Source: Hemiscyllium ocellatum
Lineage: Eukaryota
Length of the DNA: 64,000 bases
Assembly: GCF_020745735.1 (NCBI RefSeq)
Contig: NC_083409.1
Coordinates: 18,992,341 to 19,056,340, forward strand
Reading direction: 5' to 3'
Of the stretch, positions 34,940-47,384 are shown piece by piece (position 1 is the stretch's first letter; the number at the start of each line of letters is the position of its first letter). The notes beneath the pieces are model-generated. The model saw only the letters and a program-made list of their open reading frames with translations, had not been told where the DNA came from and searched no databases. The position numbers were made by a program, and so were the translations under genes.

Positions 34940-37923
34940 CTCCCTCTTGCAAGGTAGGAGGCCACGGAGTGTCCATTGTAATAAAATATAAACCATTTCC
35001 TCCTTGTATATACAATATACACATAAGCAATTAAAATAGGCAGCAGCAAAGAAGGAACACAAACTCATCTCGTAAGAGTCACCCATATTCTGGTTTGAGT
35101 ATTGAGGGAGTACCTATTTGAGGCCATGATTTGTGCTCTTCAGCAGGCTAAGAGCAATTTTGAAATAAAAAATTCTCAAATTAATCAAGTTCAAATAGCC
35201 CACTTGAGTAAATATATTGCCCACACTGGCAAAAGGCTCATTCATTTTAAACTCTGCACTCGAGATTCCTTTCCTGCCCATTATTTTCTTACTTTATACG
35301 GAGGAGCCCAGGCATGGGTGAATTAAGCAAACCTCATTTTTACAATCCAGCTTTGCTAAGATGTAATAGTCCTCAAAGTTTTGCTACTAAAAACATCAAT
35401 ATTACCTAAAATTTAGATTAGTACTGCAATATATTGTATTCTCTAAAAAAAAATCATACATTAACCTTTAGCCCAATCAAATGGCCTGAGCTACAGCTGT
35501 AGTTGACAGTATTTAGAATTAAGTGCAGAAACCAGATGGGGATTTTGAGCAGAGAAGTTGGTGATGAATATTGCATGGAGGGCAATGCTGCCCCAAATTA
35601 TGGTAACATGACACAAAGCTTTCAATCCAATCTGACATTTTCTAATATTAAGCTAACCCTAGAATTTAGACATTGGTACAATCTTAAAATTATAAACCAT
35701 CACTGTTCAGTATCAAATAGTTAAGTGAAGATAATAGCTCAGCCAGACACTCCTTCTTCGATCTAACAGCCCAATCAAAAGATAAATCAAATTAACCAGT
35801 GTGCATTCTTATAAGCTCCATACACAAAGCAAAGACATTTAGGCTTAGTGTCTATGTATGAAACTAAATCACTTGATAATTCAGTCAGTAGTACCTTGTA
35901 ATATAAAGTACCTGTAATTATTGCAGAAATGGAAATTTGCAACTTACTTCCAAATTTCTAAACAATATGGAAAACAATCCAAACATTGGGAGTTCCATCT
36001 GCTATATCCCTACACCCCAATCACATGCAGAATTTCTTCAACTAACCAGGAAGGTCGCTTTCCATTCTTTAATTAACAATGAATTAATGCAGCAATGTTT
36101 TAAATTAACCATGAGGCAATGGGACAGGTCACTGACAATGTGTAAAGGGATAAAAACAAGCGACCCCACCAAATAATTTTGATTTGGGATAATATAATTG
36201 ATTATTATAAATATTATAACATATTATTATAAAATAATAAATAAAATAATCATTTTCTGTAATTCAGGGTGGGAACCCAACAAGTGACTAAGACATTTTA
36301 AAAACTGTACTCTGTTGGTTTATTCTTCTTATTGAATCATTCTCTTCCCTTTGTACTTGATCTCCTTGCCTCTAGTTTAATTTTAACCTGATTTAACCAA
36401 TTTATGTTTGTCTAACTTTAAAGCCTGTTCCTAACAATACATTTTGGAATCTTGATTGTCATAATCTGAAAGCTAGTTTTAGGATTTGAATTTTCAGCTA
36501 ATCAAAAATTGCAAGAGGAGAATAATTAAATAGGTGATTTGTCTCATTCACTTGTTCTGGTCACTGTATCATATGGCTGTGAATTGTGGAGCCCGCTAAC
36601 ACCATGGCAATGGGGCAGTGATGCTACAAAAGAAACAGTGATTGATTTACCACCCTGTTCCTCGATATGTTTGGCTATCCCTATTGTCCAAAGGGTGCAA
36701 TGCTGGGTGTCAGCAGTGCCTGCTTAAGTCAGCAGGCCTCCTTTTTCATTTGTTAGGGACACCTAATGATATGGATAGAATTCAGTTTGGATTTTGTTTT
36801 TGGCGAGAGCACTGAGTGGAGTGGTACCAAGCATACTTTACGCATTACTGAGTGGGGATCCAGCTGAAGAAGAGTCCGGAAAAGAAGTTTTCATTTATTT
36901 TGTGAACATTGGAGGCTCAACAGAGCTTAGTTCTCTTTGTCTTGTTTTGAGAGCAGATCTCCTCTGTGGTGATGGTCATTAGTTTTACAAGATATATCTG
37001 AATAACATGCAACATTTTATTTTGGAAAGTCATTTATTCAGTATTTAATATTGAAAATGCAAAATGCAAACGGTTCCCAACTTTGAAATCCACTATAATT
37101 ATCTGGCTTTAGTCCCTTAATTTAAATCCAAGATGAGGATTCTTAAGTGGTCCTGACCAGTCATTGCCCATTTACAATGCAAAGGTCATGAAACAACTGG
37201 AGCTGCCTTTAAATGTCTTGTATATTCAAATGAAAAAGAAACTCCCAATGCACGAATAATGGCCAAATCCAAAGACACAGATATTAACTATAGGATATTA
37301 ATTTGGTTAGATGATTTATCCCAAGCTAATGTTAAACTGAAACTTCAATTGTCATTGAGGGAGGGGACTCCCTCAATAAGACTACAACTGTCCTTACCAA
37401 TAATCACCATTAAAACACAGCAATCTTAAAATTAAGTGGAAATAAACGAGTCTGAAACAAAAATAAACCTTATAATGTTGTTTTCCTCCATATTAAACTG
37501 ATTTGAAATTGAATAAGGTTGTCTTTCATGTCAGGTTAAAAGAGATTGGTTAGAAACTGACAGTAGGGCAGTCATGACCTGTTAAAAGAACAGGTGTTAA
37601 CATTTTATTTCATAACAACTGAAGGGTCCTTAAACTTAAAAGAAATCATGTTAAATTTCCAAAATGCAAATCAGATTCAAAACAGTCCTGGATCTTGAAC
37701 TCCAGGGAACAAAGGACAAACATTCAATCACCAACAAACAAATGTGTATTCAAACCGAATCACAAAGGGTTAATCTTTGTATGAGTTTTAGGGCTTTCTC
37801 TGCCTCTCTCTCTACCTCTGTCTCTCACACAGACACACACACACCATATCTCAGTCTTTAGTACAGTAGGGCAGTCATGACCTGTAAAAAGAACAGGAGT
37901 TAATATTTTATTTCATAATCACT
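34940..37923 (-). mobile_element. Probable ERV internal non-coding/leader region (no recognisable gag-pol)
   Basis: AT-rich, no RT/IN motifs in the ORF track, contiguous with env; cut off at 37924 by paralog copy 2. Confidence 0.4.
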
Positions 37924-40466
37924 GAGGAATTGATGGCCGGAGTTCATGACCCCGCACTGTGTGGAGGTTGGTGTGAAGTGAGGCCAGTGTGTTGGAGTTT
38001 GGGCTCCTGCCTCAGGACGGACTGGGGGGAGGGGCGTTGGAAATACAATAGGTGAAAGGAGGTCAAGGTGAGGGTGATAGGCGAGAGTGGGGATGGGGGC
38101 GGAGAGGTCAGGAAGAAGATTGCAGGTTAGGAAAGCGGTGCTGAGTTCTAGGGATTTGACTGAGATATATTTCCCTCCCCTCTCTTATCAGCGTTCCAAA
38201 AAGACCTCTCCCTCCGTGACTCCCTCGTCAGGTCCACACTCCCCATCAACCCAACCTCCACTCCCGGGACCTTATCCTGCAACCGCAAGAAATGCAAAAC
38301 TTGCGCCCACACCTTCCCCCTTTACTTCCCTCCAAGGCCCCAAGGGATCCTTCCATATCCGCCACAAATTCACCTGCACCTCCACACACATCATTTACTG
38401 CATCCGCTGCACCCAATGTGGCCTCCTCTATATAGGGGAGACAGGCCGCCTAATTGCGGAACGTTTCAGGGAACACCTCTGGGACACCCGGAACAACCAA
38501 CCCAACCACCCCATGGCTCAACACTTCAACTCCGCCTCCCACTCCACCAAGGACATGCAGGTCCTTGGACTCCTCCATCGCCAGACCATAGCAACACGAC
38601 AGTTGGAGGAAGAGCGCCTTCCGCCTAGGAACCCTCCAACCACAAGGGATGAACCTAGATTTCTCCAGTTTCCTAATTTCTCCTCCCCCCCACCTTGTCT
38701 CAGCCAAATCCCTCAAACTCAGCACCGGCTTCCTAACCTGCAATCTTCTTCCTGACCTCTCCGCCCCCACCCCCACTCTGGCCTATCACCCTCACCTTGA
38801 CTTCCTTCCACCTATTGCATTTCCAACGCTCCTCCCCCAAGTCCCTCCTCCCTACTTTTTATCTTAGCCTGCTGGACACACTTTCCTCATTCCTGAAAAA
38901 GGGCTCATGCCCGAAACGTCGATTCTCCTGCTCCTTAGATTCTGCCTGACCTGCTGCGCTTTTCCAGCAACACATTTTCAGCTCTGATCTCCAGCATCTG
39001 CAGTCCTCACTTCCTCCTGCCTCAGGCTCAGGTGTAGGGGCCTGTACAACAATCTGCATTTTGTCCTTTTTCTCTTTCTGATCACAGACTTTTTGATATT
39101 GATTAACAAGCTAATGACACACATGCATCAGTGTTGTCTATGGCTGGAATAATTTAACATCATTGTACTCGTTTTTAATGGACACATTCTCAAGATAATA
39201 CTGTTTTCAATATTTTTCTCTCCTTATGTGTTATTGAGACATTTGCAAATGAGGACAGTGCGTCTTCAACACAGAGTGAAGGGCTGGGTGGGTGTTTGAA
39301 TTCTCATCTCACTATCGTCTAGCATTCAAAGAAAAGGCTGTAGCATTTGTAGCTATATTCGAAATGAGATTGCACCTAGGTTTTATAAATGTTACGTTTC
39401 AAATTGATTTTTGGAATGCTAATCGGCAATAAAAATATCCTGTTCAGTTTTGTAGCTCAGTAGTTGTGTTTGTTCCCTGAGATACTGAGAGTTTATACAA
39501 CACGCCATTTGCCTGTGACCCAGTTGTTGGCTGAAGCCTCTGGTTGTTCGGTGAGTCCAAGCCATTGCCTTGCTCTCTACAGTTATACCATCAACTTGAT
39601 TTCTCAGTGTGAGCCAGGAGACCACTGCGTGGTGACTTCCTGTTCCACTGTCGGTGTTTAAAGCAAATGGGAACTGTCGAGGTTAATCCCATCATGAACA
39701 TCAGAACATGATATTCAGCTGGAACTACCTCCACTGACTCATTTCTTTGGCCACCATCGCAGTAAAGGCAAATCTCTCCCTTTGCCAGCACAAAGAGAAA
39801 GTGCCCGTCAGATTCCCTCATGTGTGATGGTTTAGCCCAATAGGAGCAGCACTGGTAGATCGTGCTGTATCAGCCTGGACAGAAACCTGGGCAAGCTCCA
39901 AATGAAAGGATGACCTTCAATGGATCTGCTGTGATAGGAAATATGGAATTGGAATACTTGTTAGTGAATCACCTCGTCTACTGTGAAAATATAAAACAAT
40001 CTAATTTCCCAGAAACATACATCACAGCACAGCGAGAAAGTGGGGAACAAGCAATTCCTGATCTCCCCACCCTGAGGAGTGTCACTGTTCCTGTCCCCTC
40101 TCTCTCTTTGGGTAGCATCGCCGTTCCAGTCCCCTTTCCCTCCCCAGGCGGTCTCGCTGTTACTGTCTCCTCTCCCGCATTGGGGAGCGTTGCTGTTGCT
40201 ATTCCCACTCTTTGAGGGGTCTCCCTTTTAATGCGCTCTCTCCCTTGCTGGGAATATCCTTTCTGTCTGAGGATGTTATTGCTTCTCCCTCCCCTCTCAG
40301 TTCGGTCAGGCCTGTCTGGGCCCAGAACCAAAGTGCAAACTAACTGGAGACAACCCAGATCAAGTCACAATGAGAGTGTCATTGACCTTCACACTCAATG
40401 TTGCCAAAGAGGACATTCTCCCAGAGATTAATGATTCATTCTAGATTTCAAACAAGAGACTGAGAT
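37924..40466 (+). repeat. Paralogous segment copy 2
   Basis: Inverted homolog of 26405-28230; core 39425-39975 is ~93% identical by manual mismatch count. Confidence 0.9.
38017..39013. mobile_element. Neptune-type PLE 3' insertion with a short inverted 5' arm
   Basis: CNRKKCKTCAH Cys linker and IIYCIRCTQCGLLYIGETGR GIY-YIG; inverted piece 38017-38165; 13-bp TSD CTCCTGCCTCAGG at 38004-38016 and 39014-39026. Confidence 0.93.
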
Positions 40467-40999
40467 TGTGAGGGGTGTGGTGGAAAGAACATCCACTACT
40501 CGAAGAAAATTACCAGGAGATGCACAAAATCCTTTATGAAGTTAAACTTTTATTTGCAAATACAAGCTGTGGCAATCAAAAACCATATGTCCTGTCTGCC
40601 CACCCTCCTCCTGAAGTCTCTCCAGTTTATACTGCCCTAGTTTCTACACTAATCTGATAGCATTAGCATAACCAATCATACTAGCTTGCTTTGTCTCTCT
40701 GAACTAATCATCGTCTGACACACTGGTCTACCACTTACAGTTAACCTATCACATTACACCACCATAGTCTTTAGCATTAGTTCATGTATCGTGTGATTTA
40801 ACTAGCCTATCAGAGTGTGCTACCATTATCTGTTACCTGAGCCCTGTAACATGACTCTATGCATGCATTACTCCACTAAATTAATGACATAACTGCCAAA
40901 TTAACTTCCATATATTCCATACTAGTTACTTTATTTCCTAGACTAGCAGCCTGAAGTTTGCACCACTGCATTTATAGTATCTATGAGCTCCTCCAAACA
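40467..40999 (-). mobile_element. Possible solo LTR
   Basis: TG...CA ends, AATAAA on the minus strand (~40545), interrupts paralog homology; no TSD found. Confidence 0.35.
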
Positions 41000-41369
41000 A
41001 ACAATTGTGCCGGCATATGCATTGTTGCAAAAAATAGTTTATTCATGTCTTTAATGGATGGAAACCTGATGTTCTCACCTACTCTGACTTAAAGTGGTTC
41101 AGATTCCTTTCTACATAGGTCATCCTTGATTCTGTCAGCAATATCTAATTTGCTAGATTCCCACCACCACCCCACCCCCCAAAAAAAACCCAAATTCTTT
41201 GTTTACCAACAAGAAGGAAACATGGAAAGGTGTTTCATGTTTGATGCTGTTCTGGTGCCTTCTTTGTGATGAGTTCATGGTTTTTGCATTTGCTAACCTA
41301 TTTCTACTGTTATTCAGATGGAATTATTCTTCTGGTGGCTGACTCATTTAAAATGAATTCATATAAATG

Positions 41370-41990
41370 GAGAGGCTGAGCTCAGCAGGTAATAATGAAG
41401 GCAAAGTGCTGTTGGCCTTTATTTCAAAGGGAGCAGTGTGTAAAAATAGAGAGGTCTTGCTAAAATTATACCTAAAATCAAACCTAAAGTACCATGAAGA
41501 GTTTGATCCCCTTATCTGAGGAAAAATATACTGGTATTTGAGATAATCCAGAAAAAGTTCACTGTTAATTCTGTGGATGGAGGGATTTTCTTATGACAGG
41601 TTGAATAAGTTAGTCTCGTATTGATTGGAGTTTAAAAGAATGAGAGGGAACCTGATTGAAACATAAGGAATTTTTAGAAGACTTGACAGGGTAGATGCTG
41701 AGAGAGTATTTCACCTTTGTGATAAAGTCTAGGGCCAGAGGGCATAAACTCAGAGTAAGGGGTTGCTCATTTGAAACCAGTTAGGAGGAGTTCCTTCTCA
41801 GGGCAGTGAATCTGTGGAATTCTTTACCACAGTATTGTTAGGGCTGGGAAGCTAAACATATTCAAAGCTAAAATTAATTTTTGTTCAGTAAGAAAATAGA
41901 AGGTCATGGGAACAGGCAGGAAAGTGGAGTTGCAGATTATCAGATAACCCATAAGCTTATTAAAAGGTGGAGTGAACTTGGGCTGAATGG
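41370..41990 (+). mobile_element. CR1 3' end (degenerate)
   Basis: AATAGAGAGGTCTTGCTAAAATTATA...GGGTAGATGCTGAGAG...CTGTGGAATTCTTTACCAC. Confidence 0.75.
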
Positions 41991-41997
41991 TCTGTTT

Positions 41998-42536
41998 CAG
42001 AGGTGGGGAACCTTTTCATGTTGGAAGGCCACATTATGTTAGTTGTAATCTAATAAGGCCTCATCCAAGAGACTTCCATTGTATAAATGGTGATACTGTT
42101 AAACTGTGTAACTATTCTCAAAGTTCACTTCAAATGGAAAGCCACGTGCACTGTTGTCATCAGTTGATAAACACTGGTGTACTGGATACACACAGGCTCT
42201 CGCCAACCAGCCTCAGGCAGAAGTGGCTCCAGTCCGGCAGGGAAGATAACGTACATTCTAGAGTCGCATTATAACTAAATCATGAGGATAGCAGGTGTCG
42301 AAATAGCCCTTATTACTTACCAATTTTTTAATTGTGGCGTTCAGTTTGTGAGGTTTATTTTGCTGAATTTTCTTTTACTCTCTGGTATTTTAAATACATT
42401 CATGTTAAAATTAAAATAAAATAATAAAGGATGAAAAAAAAATTGATAAAAACATAAAAGGTTTGTTCTGCAAAATTTGGATTCATTCAAAAGGCCACAC
42501 ACAATGGCCTGGAAGGCCGTAGGTTCCCCGCCCCTG
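41998..42536. mobile_element. Non-autonomous hAT (Charlie-like) DNA transposon
   Basis: 16-bp TIRs CAGAGGTGGGGAACCT / AGGTTCCCCGCCCCTG; perfect 8-bp TSD GTCTGTTT at 41990-41997 and 42537-42544. Confidence 0.92.
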
Positions 42537-44925
42537 GTCTGTTTATTCTATGTCTTATTATCTTTTGGTCATTCATGACACAAGTATCGCAAGCGTAGCA
42601 GCATGTATTACTCTTCATTGATAGTGTTTCGTCATGTGGTGAGTTTTGAATTGCAGTCAGAGTGAACTTTGCAGATGTTTGACCCAGTGACAGCGAAGGA
42701 ATGTCTTTATAATTCCAAGTTTCGATGGTATACGGTTTGGAGGGAAGCTCCAATATACTTGTTATCTTTGCTTTCATAGGTGGAGGTCAGGAGTTTAGAT
42801 AGTGTTGAGACACAAGCCTTGATAGGTTACTGAACTGCTGGCATTGTGCAACAGTGACTGAGGAATATTAAAGGCTGTATATTAGTTGCCATTCACCCTG
42901 GCTACATTGTCCTTGATTTCAACTTCTTGAAATGTTTTTTGTAATAATTCCTGTTTTTCTGCAGGCAATACATCTCAAAAACAATCACATTTGTTTCAAC
43001 AAAATGTAGTAGACAATATATTCTGTTCCAAGGAAGGATTGGACTTATTGGCAATGATCTGAATTTGTATCTGGAATTTTAATGGATTTGTTTTTTAAGA
43101 ATATTGTGTGTTCTACTTTTTTTGTGGAAGTTTTCAGCAACTGCATTGCACATTATCAAAATGTGAGCAGAGTTTTCAGAGCAGATTGTAGGATGTGGGT
43201 TGGACTGAAGCTTTCTCAGTGAGAGGAAAGTATTAATAGAAAAAATATTTTTTTCAGTTTTCAACCCAACAGGGGAAAACCTCAAAGAAGGGCTATGTAA
43301 TTGGAAGAGCATCGAGTTGTCAGTGTGACAGAGGGATTTACTGTACTCAGTGCCTTTTTCCTCAAGCTGCATTCATCCAGACATCCTGATGTGTAAACAA
43401 AACAGAAATTTCTTAAACTCTAGCAGGTCTGGCAGCATCTGTGGAGAGAAAGCAGAGTTAATCCCTTCTGAAGCATCCTGACTTGTACTTTTTGCATCAG
43501 ACTTCGCCAAGTCAGGAGGTAAATTACTTCACGCAGAGTTTCCAGCCTCTGATGTTATCCTGTAAACTTTGTTTATTTGGCTAATCCAGTTCCATTTCTG
43601 GTAAATGGTGACATCCTCCAGGATAGTGTTAGTGGGATTCAATGATGGTAATGTCGTGAACGATGAGGGGAGATGACTGGATCCTATGTTTTGGTCATTG
43701 TCTGGCACTGTTTGTCACCAATGATATTTCCAACCTATCAGCCCAAGACTTCTCGAATGTTGTTCAGGTTTTACTGATAGTGACTCGGAAAACAGCTGAG
43801 GAATTATGAATGGGATTCAACAGTGTGAGTCATGAAGCATCCTCATTTCTGACCTTACGGAGAAAAGGACTCTGAAGATGATTGGATCTTGGACAATGCC
43901 CTGGGACTGAGGTGTTTGAACCTGCAACAGACACAACTATTTCCTAATTCCATTGGCTTCAATTTTTCTAACACTCCTTGATACAATACTTCATCAAAAG
44001 CTCCCTTAATGTCAGCCCAATTATTGGATGTAATGAGGATTGGCATTGAATGGTCCTGACAGAAGCCAAACTGGGCATCAGTCAGCGTTTTATTGAGGAA
44101 TGTATTTCTTAATTGCATTGTTAATAATGACCAACCATTTTGCTGAAGATTAAGCAGAGACAGATGGAGCAACGTTTGAATAGATTGGACATTCCTCAAT
44201 TTTGAGGGCAGGATTTACCTGGGTAAATTTACACATTGTTAGTAGTTGTCAGTGTTGTTGCTGCATTTAAACATATTGCCAAGAGATATGTCTGGTTCTG
44301 GAGCACAAGCCACCAATCGTATAGTTAATATGTTTTCAAGCCTTATTGCAATTGCTGTGTCCTCTTATCCCTTCATAAGTATCAGAGAAGGATGGAGTTA
44401 AGTGGTTATTTTCCCATTGGTTTTGGTACTACCTGCTGCAGATCAAGTCTACCAAATTTGCCCTTTAGGATTGCACCATCCTGGCCATTAGTGCTGCTAT
44501 GAATGTATGTTTGGTGATGAAAATTGAAGTCATGCACTTAGAGTACATTCTGAGCCCTTGCCACCCTCACTACTTCCTCAAAGTGGCATTCAACATGGAA
44601 TACTGATTCACCAGTTAGGGGGTGGCGGGAATCAGCAGGAAGTTGTCCATGGTTGACCAGATGCCCTCAGACTTTATGGAATCTGAAGTCAATATTGAAG
44701 TCTCCCAGAGCAACTCACTCCCAATTGTATGATACTGCCACTACCTCTGCTGAGTCTATCCTGCTAAGGAGGAGTGTGCAACATTGTCTGTAAATTGGGT
44801 GTGACTATGTCAGGCTGAAATTTGAGTGTTCTGTGGGGCAATTAGACACAATCCCTGACTATGAGTAAGGAGAACTTTGCAGAGTCATCAGGGCTGGATA
44901 TATTGCTGTTATTTCTGGTTCCTTG

Positions 44926-45245
44926 ATTATTATTAGATTAGATTACAGTATGGAAACAGGCCCTTTGGCCAAACAAGTCCACACCGACCCGCAGAACCGA
45001 AACCCACCCATACTCCTACCCCTACATTTACCCCTTACCTAACCCTACGGGCAAGTTAGCATGGCCAATTCACCTCACCCGCACATCTTTGGACTGTGGG
45101 AGGAAACCGGAGCACCTGGAGGAAACCCACGCAGACACGGGGAGAATGTGTAAACTCCACACAGTCAGTTGCCTGAGTCGGGAATTGAACCCGGGTCTCA
45201 GGCGCTGTGAGGCAGCAGTGCTAACCACTGTGCCACCATGCCGCC
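44926..45245 (-). mobile_element. Young HE1-type SINE
   Basis: Near-identical reverse complement of 23322-23629, including the (TAATC)n tail. Confidence 0.95.
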
Positions 45246-45252
45246 CACGTAC

Positions 45253-45362
45253 CCTTAGCAGGATAGACTCAGCAGAGGTAGTGGCAGTATCATACAATTG
45301 GGAGTGAGTTGTTCTGGGAGACTTCAATATTGACTTCAGATTCCATAAAGTCTGAGGGCATC
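45253..45362 (-). repeat. 110-bp inverted copy of 44660-44769
   Basis: 109/110 identity by direct comparison. Confidence 0.95.
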
Positions 45363-46106
45363 AGGTTATCACATGGTGTGTTTGGTTTTATTATTTACCT
45401 TCCCCAGCAGTTTATGGAAGAACTAGGTGGCTTACCTGGCTACTTCAGACTGAAGAGCCAACCATGTTGCTGTGGGCTTGGAGACATATGGAGACCAGAA
45501 CGGGTGGGGAAGACAGGTGTTCTTACATAAGGGATGGCAGAGTTTTCAAAGTGGTGACCCTGGGAAAGTGTTTGGTATTGCCAGGGGCATATGGGTGTTT
45601 TTAGTATTCATGGGACACCTTTGGAAAATTTATTATTTCCTGTCTGTTTTCTGGAATGTTTTCAGTGTTGCTGGGGTGTCAGCATTTTAAAAATGTCCCT
45701 GAGAATGTGTTGGTATTTGGTATTTACATGGACTCTCATGGAGGGTTTCAGCATTTATTGAGGCTCCCTGGCAGCGTGCTTTTAGAATCTTCATCCATGT
45801 ATTTGAATGTTTATTCAAATAGATGGAAATAACTATTTGTAAAAATGGAATCATAGCAGATGAAAGAAATTTAAAATTCTCCATGACATTTTTCATTTTC
45901 CCAAACTAGATTTGTTGACTTTGCATTGAATCAACACTCTTGTGTAAATTAGGTCAAGATTCTTTTAAGCGATGTTTATTTCAGATATTTCTGGAAGTTT
46001 CCAAAGATGTCACCTTTGTTCCTAGACTTGAGTAAGGGTTGTGGTTTTTGTCCTAGTACCTAGTAGAATTTATGATAGTGGAGGTGCTGGTGTTGCACTT
46101 GGGTGG

Positions 46107-46338
46107 ACAAAGTTAAAAATCACACAACACCAGGTTGGAGTCCAGCAGGTTTACTTGGAAGTACTGTACTAGCTTTCAGAGTGCTTCTCCTTCATCAGGT
46201 GGTTGTCAAGCAGGATCATAAAACAAAGGATCTTATGATCCTGGTCCACAGCTACCTGATGAAGGAGCAGCACTCTGAAAACTAGTGCTTCCAAATAAAC
46301 CTTTTGGTCTATAACCTGGTGTTGTATGTTTTTTAACT
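46107..46338. mobile_element. Fold-back PLE-derived element with a hammerhead motif in each arm
   Basis: Arms CAAAGTTAAAAATCACACAACACCAGG...CCTTCATCAGGT / ACCTGATGAAGG...CCTGGTGTTGTATGTTTTTAACT; inner AGGATCATAA / TTATGATCCT. Confidence 0.75.
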
Positions 46339-47384
46339 CTGTAGAATTTCAGCAATGTTTGGAGAGGAGTATCTTTTGGTTGTAGTGTACTGATGGTGTT
46401 TCGCCTCTGGTTTTCTTCAGTTTCTTCCTGTCAACTGATGTAAATTTCGGTCTCAGCAGTCTACTGGTTTCCTCATTCTGTTGCAGTATTTAGAGTTCTC
46501 AGACATGTGCAGTTTTGGCGCAGTTTCATTTAACAGGCAGTCATCCCGATAACATGAGCCACGTTTTTGAACAGCAGTGGGCCTTGTAATGGTGGTAGGT
46601 GATTTGAGATTAAATAGAGCTACCAGTGATGAAGGAGCAAGTCAGAGAGCGTGTGTGGAGGTGATGTGCCTAAGGTGCTGACTCATTTGTAGTGTCAGAA
46701 GTATCTTTGAAGTTTTCAAGTTGGCAGGGTTAGTGTTTGAAAATGTCAGACTGTATCTGAACCCAGAAGTATCTAGAAAATGAAATGTGCCATCATAACC
46801 TTTTTAATGTAGAAAGATGATTATTCCTGTAAGGTGTTGACCCTGACCTCAATTTCTTTCTCTTGGAATGGAAATTTATTTTCTCAATTTTCTTCCCTGT
46901 TCTCCCTATTCTGACTGAGAATTTGGCCAAGTAATCACTTTCTTTTTCTGAACCTTTATCATGTGTTGCCGAGCAAATTAGAGAAGGAATCAGAGGGCTG
47001 ATTCATTCCACAAGAGTGCACTTGGCAAAGGGGAATCACTGGATGGATTTTCTTCCCTTTCCTGCCGAAGTTGAAGCCGTTCCCTACAGCTTGGAGATTG
47101 ATCAGTTGCAGAACACTTCAGCTCGGTGGTGTGTAACAATATCACAATGTTGTGTGTAATCGTATAACAGGGCCTGTGTCTGTTGTCTGGTATTGATCTA
47201 TGCAACTTCAGAAAAGAAAAGAAAACTTGTTTTAAATGGCACCGTTTACAATCATGGAAATTTCTTTATGTGGCTTACAACCAGTGAACACTTTGTAGTT
47301 TATGAAATAGCAAATACAAAATACAATTTGAGCATATTAGGTTCATCAAAATAGCAAATTGTTGAATAGGATAGTCTGTTGAAA

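Larger units (their letters stand above)
43480..45480 (-). mobile_element. Old L2/CR1-group LINE remnant
   Basis: ORF 43855-44199: DAQFGFCQDHS...DIKGAFDEVLYQGVLEKLK RT motifs. Confidence 0.65.
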
